Under the pieces are notes generated by a model. The model was given only the letters and a program-made list of their open reading frames with translations. It was not told the origin of the DNA and searched no databases. Both the position numbers and the translations under genes were made by a program. From assembly GCA_963823555.1 (NCBI GenBank), contig CAWGMA010000003.1, positions 149,970-213,969 on the forward strand: a stretch of DNA of 64,000 bases, given 5' to 3'. Origin of the DNA: Candidatus Eiseniibacteriota bacterium. Lineage in GTDB: Bacteria > Eisenbacteria > RBG-16-71-46 > CAVPCR01. Position 1 is the first letter of the stretch; the number at the start of each line of letters is the position of its first letter. Shown in pieces: positions 29,758 through 38,498 of the stretch.

Positions 29758-30484
29758 CATGGACCACCGAGCCGGTGAGAGCGATCTCCTTCTGCTCCGC
29801 GACGTTCACCATGTCTATGCCGATGACGGGGTCGAGGTCGTGGCGCTGCGCGGCGTGACGCTCTCGGTGAAGGCCGGCGAGTTCGTGGCCATCGTCGGTC
29901 AGAGCGGCTGCGGCAAGAGCACTCTCCTCCATGTGATGGGGGCCATGGATCGCCCGCGTTCGGGCGAGGTATGGCTTCGCGGCCGGGAGATCGCTCGCCT
30001 CGATGACGAGTCGCGCACCGCCATCCGCCAGCGCGAGGTGGGTTTCGTCTTCCAGTTCTTCAATCTGCTCCCCACGCTCGACCTGAGCGAGAACGTGATG
30101 CTGCCGGCGTTGCTCGCCGGCGCCGGTGTTGCCGCCGCGCGCCAGAGGGCCGAGGATCTGCTCCGCGCCGTCGGGCTCTCCGGGCTCGGCGCTCGCCGGG
30201 CGACCGCGCTCTCCGGCGGCGAGCGCCAGCGTGGCGCGATCGCTCGCGCCCTGGTCAACGAGGCCCCGCTGCTCCTCGCCGATGAGCCGACGGGGAATCT
30301 GGACAGCGGGACCGGAGCCGAGATCATCCGGCTCCTGCGCGCCCTGCCGGCGAGCCGGGGCACGACCGTCGTGCTCGCCACTCATGCTACCGAGCTCGCC
30401 CGCGTCGCCGATCGCGTCGTCACCATGCGTGATGGGCGCATCGAGAGCGACGAGGCGGCGGGCGAGGGCCAGGACAGGCTGTGA
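29758..30484 (+). CDS. ABC transporter ATP-binding protein (MacB/LolD-type)
   Basis: Walker A GQSGCGKST, ABC signature LSGGERQRGAIARAL and Walker B LLLADEPTGNLD. The start is set at the ATG at 29758, not the overlapping N-terminal extension. Confidence 0.9.
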
Positions 30485-33041
30485 TCCCCCGCCTCCTCGT
30501 CTGGACCAGCCTCCGCCACACGGGCCGCGCGCCAGGGCTCTTTCTCCTCGCGGTGCTCGGTATCGCGCTGGGAGTGGCGGTCTTCGTGGCGATCCAGATC
30601 GCGAATCGCACGGTGCTTCGCACCTTCGCCGCCACGGTCGACGCGGTGGCCGGGCGGGCGAACCTGGAGATCGCCGGTGGCGGCAACGGTCTTCCGGACA
30701 GCCTGTACGTGCGCGTGCGGCGGCTCCCCGGCATCACCGCCGCCACGCCTCTCGTCACGGCTCATGCTCTCTTGCCGGACCACCCCGGCGAGGTCCTGGA
30801 GCTCATCGGCGTCGACAGCTTCTCGAACGGACCTTTCCGTACCTATGACGTCGTCGCCGCCGATGGCGCTGCGGATGGATACCTGTCGTGGCTCGCCGAT
30901 GCGCGCGGCGCCCTCGTGCCCGCCTCGCTGGCCAGGACGCTCGGGCTCGAGATCGGGAGTCCGCTCGTCATCCTGGCCCGGAGCGCCCCGGACACGCTCC
31001 GGGTGCGCGGCCTCCTGCGCTTCTCCGGAGAGATCGAGCGCACCGCCGAACGAATCGTCGTCGTCGATCTGGCGACGGCGCAGGAGGTGTCGGGCAAGCT
31101 CGGGCAGCTCGATCGCATCGATCTCATCGCCGCCGATCCGGACTCGACCGGCATCCGCTTGCAGGCGCTCGCCGCAAACGGGTGGCCGGCGGATGCCAGC
31201 GTGCGGCGTCCGGGCGCTCGCACGACGCAGGTCGAGACCATGCTCGCCGCTTTCCGGCTCAACTTGACGGCGCTCAGCCTGATCTCGCTCTTCGTCGGTG
31301 TCTTCCTCGTCTACAACGCTGCGACCACCGAGGTCGTGCGCCGCCGGCGTGAGATCGGCATCCTCCGTGCTCTGGGCACGCCACGGCGGATGGTCCGACG
31401 ACTCGTTCTGCTCGAGACCGGCGTGCTGGGGGCCATCGGCATCGCGGCCGGCCTCGGGTTGGGGGTGCTCCTCGCCCGGTTCGTGCTGAGCTCGATCGCG
31501 CGCACCGTCTCGGCGCTCTACGTCCAGGTGGCGGTGCGCGAGCTCTTCATCGAACCGCGCGTGCTCCTCGCGGCGGCAGTGGCCGGAGCCGGGGCGGTTC
31601 TCTTCGCCGGCTGGGCACCGGCGCGCGAGGCAGCAGGGCTCGAGCCGCAGGTGGTCCTGACCGAGGGCCGGTATCCGGCGCTCGGCTGGCTCCGCCCGCT
31701 GCGCCTGCTCGCGGCGGCGCTCGCCGCAGGCGCCCTCGCCGCGATCCTCTCCATGTCGCGGCTCGCGAGCTGGCACCCGGCGGCGGGGTTCCTGGCGGCG
31801 CTCTGCATCCTCACGGCCGGGGCGCTGGCGGCACCGGCGGCGGCGGTGGGTCTCATCGCCGCCGCCCGAGCGCTGGCCGGGCGGAGCGTGAGCATGCGTC
31901 TGGCCGCCGGGCAGCTCCGGGCCGGCCTCCGGCGGGCGGCGGTCACCATCGCCGCGCTCAGCTCGGCGCTCGCCATGGTGATCGGCGTCACCATCATGAT
32001 CGACAGCTTCCGGCGCACGGTGGACCTCTGGATCGGGCAGACCATCCGCGCCGACCTCTATGTCGCGCCCGCGAGCCAGCGCGCCGCCGGGGGGCGGCCG
32101 AGCTGCCCGGGGAGGTCAGCGCCCGGATCGGGCGGTTGCCCGGTATCCGAGCCCGCGACGAGCTCCGCATCGTCGAGCTCGAAGTGGGCGGGCGCCGGGT
32201 TCACGGGGGTGCCGTCAACTTTGACGTCATCGCGCAAGAATCGGCGTTCCTGTTCCGTCGGGGCCGATCCTCGTCGATTCTCGCCCAGGCCATCCGGGAT
32301 CACGGGGTGATCGTGAGCGAGCCCTTCTCCCGCCATCAGCACCTGGCCGAGGGGGATACGCTTCATCTCGCCACGCCCTCCGGTCCCGCCGCGCTCAGGA
32401 TCGCCGGGGTGTTCTACGACTATTCGAGCGATGCCGGTCTCGTCTTGTTTCATCGGCCGCACTACGCGGCGCTCTACCGGGATCCGGCGATCAACTCGCT
32501 TGCGCTCTATCTCGAGGACCCGGCGGGCGCGGCGGCCTTCAGGCAGGCCATCGCTGCCGGCGTGGGTCGCGAGCACGCGCTCCTCATCCGGTCGAACCGC
32601 GACATCCGGGATGCCGCGCTCGAGCAGTTCGATCAGACCTTTGCGGTGACCATGACCCTCAAGTTCATCACCCTCATCGTGGCCATGGCCGGAGTCTTCT
32701 TCTCGCTGACGGTGAGCGTGGCCGAGCGCCGGGCCGAGATCGGTATCCTGCGCGCGATCGGCGCCAGGGCGGGGCAGGTGCGGCGGATGGTGTTCGGCGA
32801 GGCGCTCCTGATCGGCCTCGCCGCGCTGGTCGTGGGCGTGGCGACCGGCATCGGCCTCGCGCTGCTCCTCGTCTTCGTCATCAACCGCCAGTTCTTCGGG
32901 TGGACCCTCCTCTGGGTCCTGACTCCGCGTGTCCTCATCGAGGCGTTCGTGGTCATCGCCGTGGCATCCGTGCTGGCGGCATGGCTGCCGGCGCGGACCG
33001 CGATCCGTACGGACCCGGCGGCGAGCCTGCGCGCCGAGTAG
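30481..33041 (+). pseudogene. ABC transporter permease with two FtsX domains (YbbP/MacB-like, about 850 aa), interrupted by a single-nucleotide frameshift
   Basis: Frame 1 ORF 30481-32310 carries the first FtsX domain. Frame 0 ORF 32136-33041 carries the second FtsX domain. Reading through with one extra G in the GGGGGG run at 32089-32094 restores ...ASQRAAGGAAELPGEVSARIGRLPGIRA... The GTG start overlaps the ATPase stop. Confidence 0.8.
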
Positions 33042-33184
33042 CCGCGGGGGGCGGAGCGCGCCAGCGGCGATTCGTGGAGCGAGCGGACTCGCCCCGCTCC
33101 CGTCTCTCGTGCTATGCTTCCCGCCCGCCGCGGCACCCCCCTCGTCGATGCCATGGACTCAGCCGTGGCTACCGCTCGAAAGCC

Positions 33185-33853
33185 ATGAGGTACAAGAAGA
33201 TGCACAGAATGATGGTATGCGCGATCCTGGCCCTCGGGATCGCCGGCCAGGCCCTGGCCGCCGACAACCCAAAGGACAAGGCAATGACGCAAATCGACGA
33301 GATGATCGCCAAGGCTGGCGTGGACAAGTCCGACCCGGCCTGGCGCACGACTATCCCGAAGCCCGAGATGGCCACCTTCGATTCGACACACACGTACTAT
33401 GCGAAGATGGTCACCAGCAAGGGGCCGATCCTGATCAAGTTCATGCCGAAGGTGGCGCCCATGCACGTGACGAGCTTCATCTATCTCACCAAGCTCGGCT
33501 TCTACGATGGCCTCACCTTCCATCGCGTGATCACCGGCTTCATGGCGCAGGGTGGTTGTCCGCTCGGTAGTGGCACCGGGGGCCCGGGCTACAAGTACGG
33601 GGGCGAGTTCGATTCCAAGGTCAAGCATGACAAGCCCGGCCTGCTCTCGATGGCCAACGCCGGCCCCGGCACGGACGGCAGCCAGTTCTTCCTGACCTTC
33701 AAGCCGACGCCCTGGCTCGACGGCAAGCACACGCTCTTCGGCGAGGTCGTCGAGGGGATGGATGTGCTCAAGGCCCTGGAGGCCGCCGGCTCCGAGAGCG
33801 GGACGACCAAAGAGAAGCTCGTGATGGAGAAGGTCACGATCGAGGTCAAGTAA
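33185..33853 (+). CDS. Peptidyl-prolyl cis-trans isomerase, cyclophilin type, secreted
   Basis: Signal peptide [25 protein letters not shown]. Cyclophilin core motifs are present (...[15 protein letters not shown]...GGEF...[18 protein letters not shown]...[13 protein letters not shown]). Confidence 0.9.
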   Translation: MRYKKMHRMMVCAILALGIAGQALAADNPKDKAMTQIDEMIAKAGVDKSDPAWRTTIPKPEMATFDSTHTYYAKMVTSKGPILIKFMPKVAPMHVTSFIYLTKLGFYDGLTFHRVITGFMAQGGCPLGSGTGGPGYKYGGEFDSKVKHDKPGLLSMANAGPGTDGSQFFLTFKPTPWLDGKHTLFGEVVEGMDVLKALEAAGSESGTTKEKLVMEKVTIEVK

Positions 33854-33881
33854 CCAAAGCGCCTTCGCGTATTCGAGAATC

Positions 33882-35102
33882 ATGACGGCCACGGGCCCGC
33901 GTCACGACAGATCGATGTCGGTCGCGGGCCCGCTTGCTTGGGCACGGCACCGCGCCGGCGCCGGGGGCGTCGCATTGCTTATCTGCGCTGTGACGCAGAT
34001 ATTCCCGGGATGGCTCCCGGCCGATGATTCCTTCCGCCCGCTGGAACCTGGATACGAGCTGCGTTTTCCCGAGGATCACGCCGCCCATCCCGCCTACCGC
34101 ACCGAGTGGTGGTACTACACCGGACATCTTTGGTTCGAGGCGCCTGGCGATGCCGGCGGCAAGCCGGGTCGCAAGCAAGCGCCATCGGATCTGGGATTCC
34201 AGCTCACTTTCTTCCGGAGCGGGATCGCTCGTCCTGAACCGCCGCGACCATCACTCTGGGCGCTCCGCGACATCTACTTTGCGCACCTCGCCATCGGGGA
34301 CTTCGCAGCGCGGCGCTTCCACGTCGCCGAGCGGCTCGAACGGGATGCCCTCGGGCTTGCCGGAGCCGACTCCGTGCGCTATCACGTGTGGGCGGGAGAC
34401 TGGTCGGCGACCCTGGCGCCCGACGGTGCTCATCATCTGGTCGCGGTCGAGGCGGAGGAGTGCGGCGTCGACCTCACGCTCGTCCCGTTGAAGCCTCCGG
34501 CCCTGCACGGAGAGGCGGGATGGAGCCGGAAGGGGGATGAACCGGGCCAGGCTTCCACCTACTACTCGCTGACCCGCATGGCGGCGAGCGGCACGGTCCA
34601 TCTCGGAGACCGCACGCTCAGCGTGCGCGGCGAGGCCTGGATGGACCACGAGTTCACGACCGGTGAGCTCGCGTCCGACCTCGTGGGCTGGGACTGGTTC
34701 GGATTGCAGCTCGATGACGGCACGGAGCTCATGCTCTATCTCCTGCGTCGCTCCGACGGCACACCGTCCCCGGCCTCGAGCGGGAGCCTCGTCGATGAGG
34801 CCGGCCGCGTCACCCATCTCGACCGCGAAGCGTTCACGGTGACGAGCGAGTCGAGCTGGCGGAGCCCCCGGAGCGGGGCGGTCTACCCCGCGGGATGGCG
34901 GGTCCGCGTTCCCGGCGCGGCGCTCGAGCTCACGCTCACACCTCGGCTTCCCGACCAGGAACTGGTGACTCGGGAATCGACCGGCGTCACCTACTGGGAA
35001 GGGGCCGTCGGGATCAGCGGCAGTCGCGGAGGGGCCCCGATCACGGGCCGCGGGTTCGTCGAGCTCACCGGTTACGCCGAGGCCTTTCGCGCCCGGATGT
35101 GA
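33882..35102 (+). CDS. AttH/CrtC-like lipocalin-fold protein (carotenoid 1,2-hydratase family)
   Basis: The EWWYYTGHL motif and overall length are typical of AttH / hydroxyneurosporene synthase-like proteins. Confidence 0.65.
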   Translation: MTATGPRHDRSMSVAGPLAWARHRAGAGGVALLICAVTQIFPGWLPADDSFRPLEPGYELRFPEDHAAHPAYRTEWWYYTGHLWFEAPGDAGGKPGRKQAPSDLGFQLTFFRSGIARPEPPRPSLWALRDIYFAHLAIGDFAARRFHVAERLERDALGLAGADSVRYHVWAGDWSATLAPDGAHHLVAVEAEECGVDLTLVPLKPPALHGEAGWSRKGDEPGQASTYYSLTRMAASGTVHLGDRTLSVRGEAWMDHEFTTGELASDLVGWDWFGLQLDDGTELMLYLLRRSDGTPSPASSGSLVDEAGRVTHLDREAFTVTSESSWRSPRSGAVYPAGWRVRVPGAALELTLTPRLPDQELVTRESTGVTYWEGAVGISGSRGGAPITGRGFVELTGYAEAFRARM

Positions 35103-35176
35103 TGGGACCCCCGTAGTTCGGGGGCGGGGTCGATCATTCTCGAGACGGCTCGAGGCGACATCGCGCTCCGAGGGTT

Positions 35177-36808
35177 CTAGCCGTCCCGCCCCGGTGACAA
35201 CGGGCGCCCACGAGCGAGCTCGGCGCTCGCCCTGCGGAAGGCGGATTGATCGCGCTTTCTCGCCGCGGCGCTGCGCTTGCGGAGCGCGGCCAAGGGCAAA
35301 CGCATTCGCGGGTTTGCGTCCAGCTCTGGCTCGTGGCGCGCCAGGAAGGCCCAGTAGAGGGGAGTGAGCGGGCAGTTCGCCCGGGGGTCGAAGGCGCAGG
35401 GCGGGCAAAGATCGCTCATGCGGTCGATGTAGGCCGCGCCCGAGACATAGGGCTTGGTGGTCATGAGATCGCCTGCGGCGTAGGTGCCCATCCCGAGCAC
35501 GTTCGGTTCCACGACCCAGTCGTAGGCGTCCGTGAAGGCGACCCAGAACCAGTCGGTGAGAGCGCGGGGCGAGACGTCGAGCAACGTGGCGATGTTGGCG
35601 AGAACCATGAGCCGGGTGATGTGGTGGCTGTACCCTTCGCGCCACACATCGCTGACCACCGTGTCGAGGCAGGCCAGGCCGGATCGGATCCGGCCCCAGT
35701 AGGCGGGCGGCAAGGGGCCGGCCGCGCCGAGGAAAGAGGGCTCGGCGCCGCCATCCTCGTGCTCCGCCGTGCGCACGCGCAGGCCCGCTCCCGGCAGGCG
35801 GCGAAAGCCATCGGTCGCTTCGTGCACGTGACGCATGAACTCGCGCCAGCCGAGAACCTGCCGGATGAATCCTTCCTTGCTCGCTAGCGGGATGTCGAGT
35901 CGCGCGGCATCCCGCACCACGCGTGCCGGCAGCAGGCGATGCAGGTTCAGGAGCGAGGAGATGCGGGTATGGAAGAGCCCGCGCGAGCGCGCCGACATGG
36001 CGTCCTCGAACGGCCCGAAATGCGGGAGGCATTCCGTCTGAGCCCAGCGCCACAGGTGCTCGGCATCGTCGCGGGTCGCCGGCAGCGCCTCGAGGTCGAG
36101 CTGACCGGGATGATCTCCGTAGCGCGCGGCGATCAGATCGGCGACTTCGTCCTTGATGGGGTCGGACTGGAAGCGCGGTGCGGTCGGCGCCGGGGGATCG
36201 CCCTTCCAGGGCAAGCGGTTCTCGGTATCGAAGCTCCACTTGCCGCCGGCCGGCCGGCCCCTCGCCACGAGCGTCCCGGTCGCCCGGCGCGCCGCCCGAT
36301 AGAAGCGGTCCAGGCGCCACGGCGGATCCCCGGCCAAGGCAGTGAACTGCTCCCGGGTCGTGAGCCAGCCCTCGTGCGGCAGCAGCTCGAGCTGACCGGC
36401 CACGGCCAGCCGGGCCAGATCGGCGCAGAGTTCGCGCTCTGCCGGGCGCATGACGCGGATCGGGCCCAGCTCGCGCGCGAGTGGCGCCAGCGCCTCCGCG
36501 TAGGAGTGAGGCGCGACGACATGCAGGACCGCAACACCCCGTGCCGCCTGCTCGAGCGCGAAGTGCCGCATGTTGGCGAGCACCAGCGCGAGCTTCTGCC
36601 GGTGATAGGGCCGGCGTGCCGCCTTGCCCGGACACTCGACCATGATGACCCCGAGCTCGCGCGGATCCTCGCGCGCCAGGGGTCCGATCTCGTCCGACAG
36701 TTGATCGTAGGGGACGAAGATCCAGCGCCGTTTCCCGCGGTCGCGCGCGCTCTCGGCCAGCGCCGCGCGAAACGGACTCCGGGGTTTGCGGTTGTTTCGC
36801 TTCTTCAC
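35177..36808 (-). CDS. Cryptochrome/photolyase family protein of the FeS-BCP / (6-4) photolyase PhrB-like class
   Basis: 543 aa with an N-terminal photolyase alpha/beta domain (RWIFVPYDQLS). The four Cys residues (CLDT ... CPPC ... NCP) are spaced about 88, 3 and 13 residues apart. This matches the [4Fe-4S] ligand spacing of FeS-BCPs. GTG start at 36808. Confidence 0.78.
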   Translation of the reverse strand: MKKRNNRKPRSPFRAALAESARDRGKRRWIFVPYDQLSDEIGPLAREDPRELGVIMVECPGKAARRPYHRQKLALVLANMRHFALEQAARGVAVLHVVAPHSYAEALAPLARELGPIRVMRPAERELCADLARLAVAGQLELLPHEGWLTTREQFTALAGDPPWRLDRFYRAARRATGTLVARGRPAGGKWSFDTENRLPWKGDPPAPTAPRFQSDPIKDEVADLIAARYGDHPGQLDLEALPATRDDAEHLWRWAQTECLPHFGPFEDAMSARSRGLFHTRISSLLNLHRLLPARVVRDAARLDIPLASKEGFIRQVLGWREFMRHVHEATDGFRRLPGAGLRVRTAEHEDGGAEPSFLGAAGPLPPAYWGRIRSGLACLDTVVSDVWREGYSHHITRLMVLANIATLLDVSPRALTDWFWVAFTDAYDWVVEPNVLGMGTYAAGDLMTTKPYVSGAAYIDRMSDLCPPCAFDPRANCPLTPLYWAFLARHEPELDANPRMRLPLAALRKRSAAARKRDQSAFRRASAELARGRPLSPGRDG

Positions 36809-37162
36809 GGCCGGACCTCGTGGCGAATGGCGGTCATTCCATCGACCCCCTGCCGTTCTTGAGGCCGCTGGCGTTCGCCTGGATACCTGACCATATCATG
36901 ATGGCGTTCCGACTACGCCTTCGAGTCCGGGGCGGCGCCCGGCCAATCCTGGCTCGACTTCGTCGGGATCGCGGTCGACACTCCGTAGTTGTTCATGGCG
37001 AGATGGAAAAGGGGGTGGTTCCACATGGAGGCGCCCTCTTTCAATTGAACGTGCTCCGTGCATCCCGGTGAACCCGCGTGTTATTCTCGAGGCGTTCAGT
37101 CCCGGACCGGGCCCAGCTTCCCGGTCGAACGCAATCCCGCCAGATCCCAGAGGAGGCTTCCC

Positions 37163-37669
37163 ATGCGGAACCTGTTATTGGCTCTTCTCTTCATTCTCGT
37201 GCTCCCGGTCTCGGCCCTGGCCCAGAAGGGAAGCGATTCTCACTGCGATCCGTGTCCCGATGTCGAATCGTCGCTGACGATCACCGGGGCCTACCAGACG
37301 ATCGCCGGCTCCACGCTCGGTGCGAGCAATGGCGACTACTCCTACCAGTTCTGCGCCATCGCCAACGGTGGCTACACGTTCACCTTCTGCCAGCAGGGCG
37401 GGACCGCGAATTTCGACACCGGTCTCTCCATCTGGCCGCTGAATGCCGGGGCCTGCGGTGGCCAGGTCGCCCTCGCCTGCAACGACGACACCTGCGGGCT
37501 CCTCTCCGAGCTCGCCTGGATCGCGCCCGCCGACGGCACCTATGTGCTGCGGGTCGGCGGCTTCGGCGGCTCGACCGGGGACTATGTTCTCGCCTATTCC
37601 GGGCGCGAGTGCGGCGCGACTCCGGTCGAGAACTCGACCTGGGGCAGCATCAAGTCGATGTACGAGTAG
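37163..37669 (+). CDS. Secreted Cys-rich protein with a PPC (pre-peptidase C-terminal)-like domain
   Basis: GAGGAGG RBS 6 nt upstream. Signal peptide MRNLLLALLFILVLPVSALA. The segment DYSYQFCAIANGGYTFTF...GTYVLRVGGFGGSTGDYVLAYS resembles PPC jelly-roll domains. Eight Cys residues are present. Confidence 0.5.
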   Translation: MRNLLLALLFILVLPVSALAQKGSDSHCDPCPDVESSLTITGAYQTIAGSTLGASNGDYSYQFCAIANGGYTFTFCQQGGTANFDTGLSIWPLNAGACGGQVALACNDDTCGLLSELAWIAPADGTYVLRVGGFGGSTGDYVLAYSGRECGATPVENSTWGSIKSMYE

Positions 37670-37758
37670 CCGGCCGATCGAGCGAATGCACGAGCGATGA
37701 CACGAGGGCGGCTCCCGGAGGAGCCGCCCTCAATCTCTTCCGGCCTCGGAGCGCACGC

Positions 37759-38382
37759 CTACTTGCGGACGAGGCCCTGTGTCTTCAGGTCCTCGACCAC
37801 GGCGCTGCTCACCTGCTTGACGACATCGGAGACCGATTTCGGATCGAAGGTCTCGGACACCGCCGTCCACAGGAGCTTCTCGGTCGCCACATCGTAGAGA
37901 TTGCTCTCGAGAACGACCGTCAATGCGGTCTGCTCCTGAGCGGGCTCGACCACGGTCTGGTAGGACTGGTAGTAGTAGTTGTAGTAGCCGTTATAGTAGG
38001 ACTGCGGCACCGTGTAGCTCGCCGGATCGGTGTAGGTCGTCGTGGTATCGATGTTCTTGAGGCGGGTGACGATCACGGCCTCGACGCCTGCTTTCTTCAC
38101 CTCGGCTTCGACCTCTTCGCGGGTGAAATCGCTCGTCGGCAGGACCTGGTACCCCAGCAACGCGCGCACCCCGTGTTCTTCCAGCCGCCCGGCGAGCTCG
38201 GTCTCGAAGAGCCGGCGGTTTTCCTCCGACCGACCTGCTGCGATCACCATCATGCTCGAGACCGGCTGGCCGGTGTAGCTGGGGTCGCGCCACCGTCCGA
38301 CGAGCTCCGTGTTCGAGCCGCAGGCGACGGCAATGAGAACCGCCATGAGCGCTGGGAACGCAATCCTGATACGGGATGACAT
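37759..38382 (-). CDS. Lipoprotein with Tyr-rich low-complexity segment (DUF4136-like)
   Basis: Lipobox LIAVAC|GS. The Tyr-rich segment is YYNGYYNYYYQSYQ. Length is about 207 aa. Confidence 0.5.
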   Translation of the reverse strand: MSSRIRIAFPALMAVLIAVACGSNTELVGRWRDPSYTGQPVSSMMVIAAGRSEENRRLFETELAGRLEEHGVRALLGYQVLPTSDFTREEVEAEVKKAGVEAVIVTRLKNIDTTTTYTDPASYTVPQSYYNGYYNYYYQSYQTVVEPAQEQTALTVVLESNLYDVATEKLLWTAVSETFDPKSVSDVVKQVSSAVVEDLKTQGLVRK

Positions 38383-38498
38383 GATACCTCCGCCACTTGG
38401 AAGCCACAGACCCAGGGCATGATATCACGCTCGTGCCGGCTGCGAGGCGCGGGGGTATCGAGTAGAATGAAATCCCCCCCCCGGCGGAGCCCGATCCC

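Noticed and set aside
37142-37162. 7-codon ORF (MEAPSFN) with a G-rich RBS at about 37020-37045 in the 354-bp leader
   Set aside because: It is too short and there is no supporting structure or conservation visible. It is mentioned only as a possible uORF inside the non-coding leader finding.
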